64,000 nucleotides of DNA. Source: Clostridia bacterium. GTDB lineage: Bacteria; Bacillota; Clostridia; Christensenellales; CAG-138. Location: NCBI GenBank assembly GCA_017614315.1, contig JAGACA010000020.1:10195-74194 (forward strand). Reading direction: 5' to 3'. Below, piece after piece: positions 47,546 through 56,959 of this stretch. The notes under the pieces were generated by a model. It was given only the letters and a program-made list of their open reading frames with translations. It had not been told where the DNA came from and searched no databases. Within the stretch, counting starts at the first letter, position 1. The number at the start of each line of letters is the position of its first letter. The position numbers and the translations under genes are program-made.

Positions 47546-47735
47546 CTCCTTTCTTTTGCGGGGTCTCGCCCCTATTAATATTATAGCACATTAGTTCGAT
47601 AAAATCAACGGAAGAGCCGCCGCTTACTACATAATGACGTAGGCGATCCCCACATAAGGCACGTTTTCGGTACCGAAAACCGACTTTTATCACAAAAAAC
47701 CTTAAGCAGAAAAAGTACAAATGTTCTAAAAACTA

Positions 47736-47764
47736 TTGAACGGGAGACCTATATCCGATACAAT
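47736..47764 (+). promoter_or_regulatory. Promoter of the phage-like four-gene unit
   Basis: TTGAAC (47736-41), a 17-nt spacer, then TACAAT (47759-64). Confidence 0.6.
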
Positions 47765-47832
47765 GGAATTGCGGGATAAAAACCTGCCCACAAAAAATCA
47801 TATAAGTCAACGCTTATCAAACGGAGGTAAAG

Positions 47833-48054
47833 ATGGAAAACAAAGATCTTGACCTCACCGAGACGGTCCTGGCGGGTTCGCCCGCCGACCGCCCCTGGGA
47901 GGGCTGCCTTAACTCGGTGACGTACCGCGTGCCGAGGGGCGTAAAGGTTATGCTTCCCGCGTTTCTTTCGGAATACATCAAAAGGACGGAAGAGGAACGG
48001 GCAAGCGCCGAGGAGACGGCGAGACGGCTGTCGGGATCGGCATTTAAGCTGTAA
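47833..48054 (+). CDS. Hypothetical 73-aa protein
   Basis: RBS ACGGAGGT; first gene of a tightly packed unit. Confidence 0.55.
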   Translation: MENKDLDLTETVLAGSPADRPWEGCLNSVTYRVPRGVKVMLPAFLSEYIKRTEEERASAEETARRLSGSAFKL

Positions 48055-48082
48055 AACATTATTATGTAGGAGGAACATCCAA

Positions 48083-48619
48083 ATGACACTCAACGACATT
48101 CTGGTTTCCGCGCTTGCTCAGCTCGACCGCGGGAACGATCCCATGACCATGGACGCGTTCCGAAAGAGGCTCACGGACTATGCCAACGACGCGCAGTCGG
48201 ATCTCGCGAGGGCGCTTTGCCTCACGAAGACCGAGACCGCGCACCCGTCGGGCGGCATTGTCGACCTTGCAGACCTCACCCGCGACTGCTTAAAGATAGT
48301 CCGCGTGGAGCAGCTCGGCCATCCCGTAAAGTTCAAGTCCGCCGACACCGGCACAATCGCCCTGCCGTACAACGAAACCGCGACGGTCACATACCGCTGC
48401 GAGCCGAAAAGGCTCGAACAGCCCTCGGACGTGAGTGAGCTCCCGGAGCACGCGCACGGGCTCATCGTCACGTACGTCGTCGGGCGCGAGCGCATGGCGG
48501 GCGACGTCGGCACACAGAGGGGCGCGAACATTTATCTTTCCATGTACGAGGCGGCGAAGTCGAAGCTTCGCCCGCACGTGGGCGAGCCCGCCGCGTACGA
48601 GATCGTGAACCGCTGGTGA
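48083..48619 (+). CDS. Possible podovirus head-to-tail adaptor (P22 gp4-like)
   Basis: RBS AGGAGGAA, 178 aa. The N-terminus LNDILVSALAQLDRG resembles the gp4 N-terminus as I remember it, and the size matches (166 aa). Confidence 0.35.
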   Translation: MTLNDILVSALAQLDRGNDPMTMDAFRKRLTDYANDAQSDLARALCLTKTETAHPSGGIVDLADLTRDCLKIVRVEQLGHPVKFKSADTGTIALPYNETATVTYRCEPKRLEQPSDVSELPEHAHGLIVTYVVGRERMAGDVGTQRGANIYLSMYEAAKSKLRPHVGEPAAYEIVNRW

Positions 48620-48630
48620 CGGAGGGAGAT

Positions 48631-50064
48631 ATGGCAGGCTTCACTTACAGGATCGACCGCTTCATTGGGCTCGATCAGTCGAGGGACGAGAGCCTCGTTT
48701 CGCCGTCTTACTCGCCCGACGCGATGAACATGGATACGTCGGATGGAGGGCTCATGGTCACGAAGGGGTTTTCGAAATACCTTCCGAAGGCGATCCCGTC
48801 TGCGGGTGCCGGCGAGGTCAACAGGATACTGTTTTATAAAAACGCGTCGGGAAGCATCCCCGTCGCGGTGACGGACGGAGGGATATTTACTTATAACGGT
48901 GCGAACGAGACCTGGAACCTCGCATACGAATACGAGGAGGCGCGCGTTTCGGCATGCGTGACGGCGATAATGACGCGCATCGGCATGACCGATACGCTCC
49001 TCATCGCGGACGGGCGCGGGCGGATACTCAAATTCGACGGCTCGTCCTTCACGGCATTCGGCTCGGCTGAGGGCTGTTCGGATATCGCCGTCAATTTCCT
49101 CGCCATGTTCCGCAGCCGTCTGTTTTCGGCGGGGGACGCGGAGCATCCCGACAGGCTTTATTACTCGAAGCTGCCGGGAGGGGACAGGAGCATAGAGGAC
49201 TGGGGGCCGGACGCGGATTCGACCGCGGTCGAGGGCGGACACATCGAGATCGGCGCGGCGGGCGGCGACCCGATAACGGCGCTCGCGGCGATGAGCAATC
49301 AGCTCCTCATATTCAAAAAGAACTCGATCTGGCGTCTCATCGGCGACCGCCCGGGGAATTACACCGTCGAGCTCATAAGCCGCGACTCATATCCCGTTTA
49401 CGGGCTCGCGGCGGCGGTATACCGCGACGTCATCTATTACGTGACCAAGGAGGGGCTTTGCTCCTTCAACGGCGCAGACGCTTCGCCCCTTCCCGACGCG
49501 AGGATGATTAAGGGCGTTATGGCGTCGGCAGACACGTCGGGAACGCGCCTCGCGGTCGTCGGAGACAGGCTCTATTTCACTGTAAAGGTCGGCCTTTTCA
49601 CACGGCTCATCGAGTACGACACAGCGCTCCGCAGGTACATGCAGTACAGCGGCTTTTTCGCCCGCGACATAGTGAACGACGACGGCGCGCTGATCATCGC
49701 GGATTCGACCCGATACCTCGAAAAATGGGGCGTCGGCGACGACTTCGACGGCCGTGCGATCACCGCGTACTGGACAACGCCCTACACCGACCTCGGAGAC
49801 AAGGCGGCGATAAAGACGCTCCGCGCGCTGTACCTTCGCGGAAAGTCGTACGCCAACGGCAGGGTGGTAGTCGAAACGGATGTGGGCTTCACGAACGAGT
49901 CGACGAGCATACTGCTTCCCGAAAGCGTATCCGAGGTCGCCGAGGTGAAGCTCAAAAACGAGGGCCGCGTGTTCAGACTGAAGCTCGCGAACGACCTCGG
50001 CGGACGCTTCGCGCTCACCGGCGGCGCCGAGCTCGAGATGAGCGTAAGGAAAAGAGCGGAATGA
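48631..50064 (+). CDS. Possible podovirus tail hub/nozzle protein (P22 gp10-like)
   Basis: The RBS GGAGGGA precedes MAGFTYRIDRF, giving 477 aa (gp10 is 472 aa). It is beta-rich, and the C-terminus RVFRLKLANDLGGRFALTGGAELEMS resembles the gp10 C-terminal pattern. The assignment is from memory. Confidence 0.35.
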   Translation: MAGFTYRIDRFIGLDQSRDESLVSPSYSPDAMNMDTSDGGLMVTKGFSKYLPKAIPSAGAGEVNRILFYKNASGSIPVAVTDGGIFTYNGANETWNLAYEYEEARVSACVTAIMTRIGMTDTLLIADGRGRILKFDGSSFTAFGSAEGCSDIAVNFLAMFRSRLFSAGDAEHPDRLYYSKLPGGDRSIEDWGPDADSTAVEGGHIEIGAAGGDPITALAAMSNQLLIFKKNSIWRLIGDRPGNYTVELISRDSYPVYGLAAAVYRDVIYYVTKEGLCSFNGADASPLPDARMIKGVMASADTSGTRLAVVGDRLYFTVKVGLFTRLIEYDTALRRYMQYSGFFARDIVNDDGALIIADSTRYLEKWGVGDDFDGRAITAYWTTPYTDLGDKAAIKTLRALYLRGKSYANGRVVVETDVGFTNESTSILLPESVSEVAEVKLKNEGRVFRLKLANDLGGRFALTGGAELEMSVRKRAE

Positions 50065-50083
50065 CGGGGAAGGAGGATAAAGC

Positions 50084-50272
50084 ATGGACATGCGCGCGCT
50101 GTACCCCATAAGCCTCCCGACGGAGAGGCTCGAGGGCGAGGACAAAAGGACGCATTACGACGTGATAAAGAAGAACGAAAGCTGCCTGAACATGAACTTT
50201 TCGCTCCTTGCCGAAAAGATCTATGAGCTCGAGATAAGGCTCAAGCTGCTCGAATCCGCCGACGACGAATAA
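50084..50272 (+). CDS. Hypothetical 62-aa protein with a coiled-coil tail
   Basis: Strong RBS GGGGAAGGAGGA. Confidence 0.55.
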   Translation: MDMRALYPISLPTERLEGEDKRTHYDVIKKNESCLNMNFSLLAEKIYELEIRLKLLESADDE

Positions 50273-50342
50273 CGCGGCTCCTTCCTTTACTTATCCCGCG
50301 AACCGCGGTATAATGTATAATGTAAAAAAGGAGGGGAGCAGG

Positions 50343-51383
50343 ATGCCATTTATAATCGAACGCAACGACATAACCCGCATGAGGGTCGACGCTGTTGTCA
50401 ACGCGGCGAACAATACGCTTTTGGGAGGAGGCGGCGTCGACGGCGCCATCCACCGCGCGGCGGGACGGGGGCTCCTTGAGGAATGCAGGAAGCTCAACGG
50501 CTGCAGGACCGGCGAGGCGAAGGCCACCGGCGGATACATGCTCCCGGCGAAATATGTGATCCACACCGTCGGTCCCATCTGGCGCGGCGGCGGGCACGGC
50601 GAGGAGGCGCTCCTTCGCTCGTGCTATATGAACTCGCTCGCCGTCGCCGACGGGCTCGGGTGCGAAAGCGTCGCCTTCCCGCTCATTTCGGCGGGCGTCT
50701 ACGGCTATCCCAAGCGCGAGGCCGTCCGCGTGGCGTCGGAGTGCATAGAGGCATTTCTCGCATCGCACGAAATGACAGTCTATCTCGTCATTTTCGACAG
50801 AACTTCCTTCGAGATTTCCTCTGAACTCAGGGGCGAGATAGAGGAATACATCGACGAGGCTTACGTTTCCGAGCACGAGGACTCCGAAAGAACGTATCGG
50901 AACCGTATGGCGGCGGCGAAGCTCACTCTCAAAAAGGCCGATTCTGCGTCAAAGAAAGAAAAACGTGAAGGCGCGGGAGCTTTTGCCGCGGAATGCGTTT
51001 TATACGACGCGTGCGAGGCGCCTGCCGTCGGGCCGTTCGACCTCGACGAGAGCTTTTCCGAGACCCTTTTTAGGCGCATAGACGAAAGCGGTATGACCGA
51101 CGTCGAATGCTATAAGAGGGCGAACGTCGACCGCAAGCTGTTTTCGAAGATAAAAAGCGATAAAAACTACCGCCCGTCCAAGCCCACCGCGATCGCTTTC
51201 GCGATAGCCCTGCGCCTCGACATGGACGGCGCGAGCGATCTAATAAAACGGGCGGGGTACGCCTTCTCGCGCTCGATCAAGTTCGACGTCATAATCGAGT
51301 ACTTCATCACGCACGGCATTTACGATATTTATAAGATCAACGAAGCGCTCTTCGCGTTCGATCAAACGCTGCTCGGGCAGTGA
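50343..51383 (+). CDS. MacroD-type macro domain protein with a C-terminal XRE-like HTH domain
   Basis: The RBS AAAGGAGGGGAG precedes [41 protein letters not shown]...[12 protein letters not shown]. The C-terminus includes [18 protein letters not shown]. Confidence 0.8.
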   Translation: MPFIIERNDITRMRVDAVVNAANNTLLGGGGVDGAIHRAAGRGLLEECRKLNGCRTGEAKATGGYMLPAKYVIHTVGPIWRGGGHGEEALLRSCYMNSLAVADGLGCESVAFPLISAGVYGYPKREAVRVASECIEAFLASHEMTVYLVIFDRTSFEISSELRGEIEEYIDEAYVSEHEDSERTYRNRMAAAKLTLKKADSASKKEKREGAGAFAAECVLYDACEAPAVGPFDLDESFSETLFRRIDESGMTDVECYKRANVDRKLFSKIKSDKNYRPSKPTAIAFAIALRLDMDGASDLIKRAGYAFSRSIKFDVIIEYFITHGIYDIYKINEALFAFDQTLLGQ

Positions 51384-51398
51384 ATAAACCATACCGTT

Positions 51399-51430
51399 CG
51401 GGGACGGCACACATGCTGCCGCCCCGTTTT
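51399..51430 (+). terminator. Terminator after the macro-domain gene
   Basis: CGGGGACGGCA-cacatgc-TGCCGCCCCG-TTTT. Confidence 0.75.
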
Positions 51431-51521
51431 CATATAATGCATGAAAACTTTTCGGATAAGCGATACATTTTTCTCCTCTGCGCACTCTATATAAGTGAAC
51501 GGCCGTTCAAAAGGAGCAGCA

Positions 51522-52034
51522 ATGAAGGAAATAACCGATTATTTCAATACCGTGTACGATGCGACTTTCCGCGAGCTCACCCGCCTTTCGCTTCTTAAGG
51601 CGCCCGAGGATGACGCGCGCGATCTTTTGCAGAACGCCTACGCGAAGTTTTTCGATCTTATCCGCCGCCGCGGAAAGGACGCGGTGCGTGATCCGAAGGC
51701 GTATCTTACGACGGTTTTGAAACACGAGATCGCGCATTTCCACCGCTCGCGGGCAAGGATCAGCCTTATCCCGCTCGAAGCGGCGGAAAACGAGCCGGCG
51801 GACGAGAACGTCGAGGAGCTCGGCGTTTCCGACGCCGCGTCGGAGGAGATCATTTCCCTTCTCAAGACGGAGCCGGAGCTAACGAGGCGGATATTCATAC
51901 TGTGCTACGGATACGGCATGAAGCTCGGCGAGATCGCAGAGGAAATGGGCGTTACCGAAGCCGCGGTAAGATCGAGACTCGCCCGCGCCAGAAAACGGAT
52001 CAGAGAGCAGATCAAAGAGGAGAATGAAAAATGA
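51522..52034 (+). CDS. ECF-type RNA polymerase sigma-70 family factor
   Basis: A region 2 segment (DLLQNAYAKFF) and a region 4 HTH (KLGEIAEEMGVTEAAVRSRLARARKRI). Confidence 0.85.
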   Translation: MKEITDYFNTVYDATFRELTRLSLLKAPEDDARDLLQNAYAKFFDLIRRRGKDAVRDPKAYLTTVLKHEIAHFHRSRARISLIPLEAAENEPADENVEELGVSDAASEEIISLLKTEPELTRRIFILCYGYGMKLGEIAEEMGVTEAAVRSRLARARKRIREQIKEENEK

Positions 52035-53626
52035 ACGAAAAAAACGAGCAGCTCATGGAATATGCCGAAAATGAGCTTATGAACAAGGAAGGCATAAGGA
52101 AAAAGGTGCTTACGGGGCTCCCGCGCCGCTCCGCCTTCAAATGGCAGAAGGCGCTCCTGCCGATCGCCGCGTGCTTCGCGGCGGCCGTGATAACGGTATT
52201 CGCTATCCCCAAGGCGAGGGCGGAGGTGCTCTCGTGGTTTAAGACGAACTCGCTCGATGAATACCTGAGACGGGGCGAAGGCAGACGTACGCCGATAGAG
52301 TCGCTCGACGAGATGATCGTCAAGCCGGGAGATAAGGACGCGTGGGGTAACGAGATAGGCTCGGTGACGGATAACCGCGTGACCTTCGCCGCGGATGAGC
52401 CCGTTTGGCAGGAGATAAAGGACGATTTTTCCATAGAGCTCGGCGAAACGCTCGTCGACGGCGAAAAGATGTACCTTGCGTTAAGGCTCGGAGGGCTTGC
52501 CGCGCTGCCGGAGCTCGACGCGGCGACCGGCGGGAACGCGACGCGCATACCGGTCCCGCAGGATCAGGTCGCGAAGCTCTTTGAGGACGGCAAAACGCCC
52601 GAGATATTCTTAAACGGGAGCGCAAGGCTCTGGGAGCCCGCCAAAAGCGGAGTCTGGCTCGTCCTCGACGACGGGACGGAGCTCGAATTTTACGACCTCG
52701 GCTCGATCATGTACGATCCGGCGATCGAAGAGCATTTAAGGCTCATCGCTTCCGAGTTCAGACATGACGATTGGATGATCGACGAGGAAGAGTGCGCCGA
52801 GATCAGCAGGCGGAACAAAGCCGCTCTCAAGGGTTGCGCTCTTGTCGGCACGGTCAAATTCGACCTTGCTTCCCTGCGCCTGGTCGACTACGGGTTTGCG
52901 GATCCAATGGAATTCCTTTCGCGCTATGCCGATGAAAACGGTATCCTCAGGGCAAAAGCGGTCTATCGCTCAAGGAGCTTGGCTGCGAACGGATATATAA
53001 CGAAGCTCGAGGCCGAGCTCGGCACGGCGTGCTTCGACGTCGCCGCTTTCCAAAGGATCGAAAAGCTCGGCGTCAAGGCGGAGCCCGCGGAGCTTTCCTC
53101 CGGGACGGCGATACTGTCCTATGCCGAATGGGTCGAGGCGAACGGCAGGCGCAATTACAACGTGACGAATCTCGAGGCGGAGCTTTCCGGCGTAAGGTTC
53201 GAAGCACTCGACGGAGCGTACATGAACGGTATAGGACTTATGAACGTCCGCGTCAGGGTAACCTTCCCCGACGCGTGGTCGCCCGAACAGTGCGCGGCTT
53301 TCTCACAGTGCGTGGGATTCTATGCGGAGGCCGACGGCCCCCGGTTCGAACCCTCGTATTTCGAAAGGGAGAAGATCGGCGAGAGAGAGTATTTATTCAC
53401 CTTCGCATGCATCAATTTCCCCTATTCCATGTATGACAGAGCCGAAGGGATAGACAAGGTCAGGATCGTTCCGGTTCTCCGGCACGTTGAAACGATGTGC
53501 TTGTCAAACGGCGAAAAACGCGCCGTGCCGCTGAACAAGACCGTCGCAAAGCCCGACGGGGGCTGGTTCGAGGACGGCGAAAAGACGGAACTCACGGACG
53601 GCGCCCTCACGTTCGTTAAGAAATGA
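52031..53626 (+). CDS. Putative anti-sigma factor / membrane protein with a large extracytoplasmic domain
   Basis: The start overlaps the sigma gene stop. There is a short cytoplasmic N-terminus, one TM helix (ALLPIAACFAAAVITVFAI) and a ~460-aa C-terminal domain. Confidence 0.6.
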   Translation: MNEKNEQLMEYAENELMNKEGIRKKVLTGLPRRSAFKWQKALLPIAACFAAAVITVFAIPKARAEVLSWFKTNSLDEYLRRGEGRRTPIESLDEMIVKPGDKDAWGNEIGSVTDNRVTFAADEPVWQEIKDDFSIELGETLVDGEKMYLALRLGGLAALPELDAATGGNATRIPVPQDQVAKLFEDGKTPEIFLNGSARLWEPAKSGVWLVLDDGTELEFYDLGSIMYDPAIEEHLRLIASEFRHDDWMIDEEECAEISRRNKAALKGCALVGTVKFDLASLRLVDYGFADPMEFLSRYADENGILRAKAVYRSRSLAANGYITKLEAELGTACFDVAAFQRIEKLGVKAEPAELSSGTAILSYAEWVEANGRRNYNVTNLEAELSGVRFEALDGAYMNGIGLMNVRVRVTFPDAWSPEQCAAFSQCVGFYAEADGPRFEPSYFEREKIGEREYLFTFACINFPYSMYDRAEGIDKVRIVPVLRHVETMCLSNGEKRAVPLNKTVAKPDGGWFEDGEKTELTDGALTFVKK

Positions 53627-53649
53627 TACCCGATATCCCTTGAATACAG

Positions 53650-53679
53650 CGCCGCAGCAAGTCTGCGGCGTCTCTTTTT
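53650..53679 (+). terminator. Terminator
   Basis: CGCCGCAG-caagt-CTGCGGCG-tctcTTTTT. Confidence 0.75.
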
Positions 53680-53899
53680 CACATTCCGAAATATACAATA
53701 AAATGTATCATTTGCTTATAGAATAATTTATTAACTTATGTTATACTATACTTTGGCTGATGATAGCCTAACATATCCATATTGCACCGTTCAGGAGGCC
53801 CCCACCGGGGAAAATACGGCGCGGCGGGGTATTTAGGCCGTCGGAAGGCCGTATGCACACATAATAATTCCGCTGATATGCGGTATAAGGAGGACTGTC

Positions 53900-54394
53900 A
53901 TGGCAAAACAAATCACGGCAATTCCCTTTAAGGGCACTCCTGAGCAGGAAAAGCAGCTCAAGGAATTCATCGCCACTTGGAAGGGTAAGGACGGCGCGAC
54001 TATGCCCGTTCTTCAAAAGGCTCAGGAGATCTACGGGTATCTGCCCATAGAGGTCCAGAAGATGGTCGCCGACGGACTCGGACGTTCCCTCGAGGAAGTC
54101 TACGGCGTTTCCACCTTCTACTCCATGTTCAACCTCGAGCCCAGAGGCGAACATCTCATCAGGGTATGTCTCGGCACCGCCTGCTACGTCAAGGGTTCCC
54201 AGAACATTCTGGATGAGCTCTCCCGCGTGCTCAACGTCGAGCCCGGCCACACCACCTCGGACGGCAAGTTCACCCTCGAGGCGACCCGCTGTCTCGGCTG
54301 CTGCGGCTTAGCTCCCGTTATGACCGTTGACGGCGAGGTTTTCGGGCGTCTCGTTCCCGCCGACGTTCGCGACATCGTTGCGAAGTACATGTAA
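53900..54394 (+). CDS. hydC: NuoE-like [2Fe-2S] subunit of bifurcating hydrogenase (HydC)
   Basis: Contains CLGTACYVKG...CLGCCGLAPVM, in a thioredoxin-like ferredoxin fold. Confidence 0.88.
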   Translation: MAKQITAIPFKGTPEQEKQLKEFIATWKGKDGATMPVLQKAQEIYGYLPIEVQKMVADGLGRSLEEVYGVSTFYSMFNLEPRGEHLIRVCLGTACYVKGSQNILDELSRVLNVEPGHTTSDGKFTLEATRCLGCCGLAPVMTVDGEVFGRLVPADVRDIVAKYM

Positions 54395-54433
54395 TAAGGA
54401 ACGAAACCGTTTTTCGAAGGAGGATCGACCCAA

Positions 54434-54808
54434 ATGAAGATCAGCCGCGTGGCCGAGATACTTGAGGCCAAGGTGCTTACAGGCGGGGATTTGCTCGACT
54501 GCGAGGTCAATTCCGCCTGCGGGAGCGACATGATGAGCGACGTGCTTGCCTACGTCAAGGATCAGGGCATATTGCTTACGGGGCTCATGAATGTCCAGGT
54601 TATAAGGACGCTGCTCATGATGGACATGAACTGCGTTGTTTTCGTGCGAGGCAAGGTGCCGGCAGCCGGCATTGTCGATTTTGCCGAGGAAAACGGAGTT
54701 GCTGTGCTTCAGACTGACCTTCCCATGTTCGAGTCCTGCGGAAGGCTTTACGCCGCGGGGCTGGGACGCGCGGATCTTGAGAGCGGTCCCGAAAGAGAAG
54801 AGGTGTAG
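54434..54808 (+). CDS. DRTGG domain protein
   Basis: 124 aa containing SDMMSDVLAY...ILLTGL...VFVRGK, which fits the DRTGG-type pattern. Confidence 0.6.
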   Translation: MKISRVAEILEAKVLTGGDLLDCEVNSACGSDMMSDVLAYVKDQGILLTGLMNVQVIRTLLMMDMNCVVFVRGKVPAAGIVDFAEENGVAVLQTDLPMFESCGRLYAAGLGRADLESGPEREEV

Positions 54809-54811
54809 CGC

Positions 54812-55246
54812 ATGAGCGATACTCTGCACTACCATTTCGACGTCGACGGCGCGAGCTTCGCGAACGCCGGACGAGCCTCCGTCGAGACGAAAAAGCTGCT
54901 CCGTCAGCTCGGCGTCGCGCCGAACGTGATAAGGAGCATCTCCGTCGCGATGTACGAGGGTGAGATCAACATGGTCATCCACGCTCACGGGGGCGACGCC
55001 GACGTCTACATCACCGAGGATACGATAATAATCATTCTCAAGGACGAGGGACCGGGTATCCGCAACGTTGAGGAAGCCATGAAGGAGGGGTTCTCGACCG
55101 CTCCCGAAAACATACGCGCGCTGGGTTTCGGCGCCGGCATGGGGCTCCCGAACATGAAAAGGTATTCGGACGAAATGCACATCGATACCAAGGTCGGCGT
55201 CGGTACGACCATCGAGCTTTGGTATCACCTTAACAAACAGCAGTAA
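54812..55246 (+). CDS. GHKL ATPase (SpoIIAB-like anti-sigma/serine kinase fold)
   Basis: 144 aa containing DEGPGI...GFGAGMGLPNM, which are the G1/G2 boxes. Confidence 0.7.
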   Translation: MSDTLHYHFDVDGASFANAGRASVETKKLLRQLGVAPNVIRSISVAMYEGEINMVIHAHGGDADVYITEDTIIIILKDEGPGIRNVEEAMKEGFSTAPENIRALGFGAGMGLPNMKRYSDEMHIDTKVGVGTTIELWYHLNKQQ

Positions 55247-55268
55247 TCGGTAAGACCGGAGGGATCAA

Positions 55269-56534
55269 ATGGCTAAGTATACGCACTCTGTTTCGATCGA
55301 TCCAGAGAAATGCACGGGCTGTACCACCTGCCTGAGGAGATGCCCCGTTGAGGCTATCCGCATCAGGGACAACAAGGCGGTCATCAACCCCAACTCCTGC
55401 ATCGACTGCGGCGAGTGCATCAGGGTGTGCAAGCATTCCGCGAAGCACGCTTCGTACGATCAGCTTTCCGATCTCGATTTTACCAAGTATCTGATCGCGC
55501 TGCCCGCGCCGAGCCTGTTCGGGCAGTTCAACCACATGAACGAAGCGGATCACGTCATCCAGGGGCTCCTCGACATGGGCTTCAAGGACGTCTATGAGGT
55601 CGCAAAGGCGGCGGAATACGTCACCGATCTCACGAGGCTCTACATGAACCGACCCGACGTAGTGCTCCCTGCGATAAGCTCCGCATGTCCCGCAGTCGTA
55701 AGGCTTATAAAGCTCCGCTATCCCACGCTCTGCGATCAGCTCGTGCCCGTTTTGACGCCCTATGAGCTTGCCGGCAAGCTGGCAAAGGAAAGGGCCGCGA
55801 AGGAGCATCCCGAGCTCGATCCCGACGACATCAAGACGGTCTTCATATCCCCCTGTCCCGCAAAGGTCAGCTGGGCGAAGAGCGTCATGGAGGGACAGAA
55901 GGTCTACGTCGATCTCGTCACCAGCATGAACGACGTATACATGGAGCTGCTCTCGAAGATGAAGCCTGAAGCCGAACCCTCTCCCGAGGCCGCGTCCGAA
56001 GCCGGCGTCGTCGGAATCGGATGGGCAATGACGAGCGGCGAGGCGGCCAGCCTCATGAACGACGAGTATCTTTCGGCGGACGGGATAGACAACGTTATCA
56101 AGGTCCTCGACGACCTTGAGAGCGGCATAGTGGGACAGATCAAATTCGTCGAGCTCAACGCCTGCAGCCCCGGCTGCGTCGGCGGCGTGCTCGCGCCCAC
56201 GAACGGTTATGTGGCAAGGGTCAGACTGCACAATCTGCGCAAGACCGGCGGCATGGTCGTGAAGCCCAACGACGTCTCGGACATCGGCGATTTCTCCTCC
56301 GGAGATATCCCCGACGAGTACACCGAGGCAGAGGCCTTCACCTATATGCCCGACGGATCGCCCAATATGCTGTCCATGATGCTCGCTATGAAAAAGGCCG
56401 AAGCGCTTGCCGAAAAGCTCCCCAAAAAGGACTGCGGCGCCTGCGGCTCGCCCACATGCAGGGCATTCGCTCTGGACGTCGTCCACGGCGAAGCGAAGCT
56501 CGAGGACTGCAAGATCAGGACGGAAATGGAATAA
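55269..56534 (+). CDS. [FeFe]-hydrogenase-like protein (putative sensory/non-catalytic, HydS-like) with N-terminal 2x[4Fe-4S] and a C-terminal Cys motif
   Basis: The N-terminus is CTGCTTCLRRCP...CIDCGECIRVC. The H-cluster-motif analogues are SSACPAVV, ISPCPAKVSWAK and ELNACSPGCVGG. The C-terminus is CGACGSPTCRAF. Confidence 0.65.
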   Translation: MAKYTHSVSIDPEKCTGCTTCLRRCPVEAIRIRDNKAVINPNSCIDCGECIRVCKHSAKHASYDQLSDLDFTKYLIALPAPSLFGQFNHMNEADHVIQGLLDMGFKDVYEVAKAAEYVTDLTRLYMNRPDVVLPAISSACPAVVRLIKLRYPTLCDQLVPVLTPYELAGKLAKERAAKEHPELDPDDIKTVFISPCPAKVSWAKSVMEGQKVYVDLVTSMNDVYMELLSKMKPEAEPSPEAASEAGVVGIGWAMTSGEAASLMNDEYLSADGIDNVIKVLDDLESGIVGQIKFVELNACSPGCVGGVLAPTNGYVARVRLHNLRKTGGMVVKPNDVSDIGDFSSGDIPDEYTEAEAFTYMPDGSPNMLSMMLAMKKAEALAEKLPKKDCGACGSPTCRAFALDVVHGEAKLEDCKIRTEME

Positions 56535-56594
56535 GAAGGACGTTTTTCCCTTTATCCGACCGCTCCTCAAAAGGAGCAAAAAGGAAGGAACAGC

Positions 56595-56945
56595 ATGCTT
56601 ACGGTAGAAATGCTCGCAAAGGAGCTTGACCTCGAAACGATAGAGCTTCCCGACGGCAGCCGCGAGATCGAAGGCGGCTACGCGGGCGACCTGTTGAGTT
56701 GGGTCATGGGCAGGGCGCAGCCCGGGGATGCATGGGTGACCATCATGTCTAACATGAATGTTTCCGCGGTGGCGCAGCTCACCGACGTTGCCTGCGTGAT
56801 ATTCGCAGAAGGCGTCGTGCCCGACAAAGAGGCCGTTCAGAAGGCCGAGCTTCACGGCATCAATCTGCTCGGGAGCCGCAAGGGAATGTTCGAGCTGAGC
56901 CACGAGATAAGCTTAAAGCTCGAAGAACACCGGGACGCGAACTGA
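56595..56945 (+). CDS. DRTGG domain protein (second copy)
   Basis: 116 aa containing GDLLSWVMG...VIFAEG, paralogous in pattern to 54434-54808. Confidence 0.6.
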   Translation: MLTVEMLAKELDLETIELPDGSREIEGGYAGDLLSWVMGRAQPGDAWVTIMSNMNVSAVAQLTDVACVIFAEGVVPDKEAVQKAELHGINLLGSRKGMFELSHEISLKLEEHRDAN

Positions 56946-56959
56946 CGGGAGGCAAATCG

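Noticed and set aside
50343-51383. The macro-domain protein as the DarG antitoxin of a DarTG system.
   Set aside because: The macro domain is MacroD/YmdB-like rather than TARG1-like. No DarT (DUF4433-like) gene is upstream, only a 62-aa ORF and the putative tail hub.
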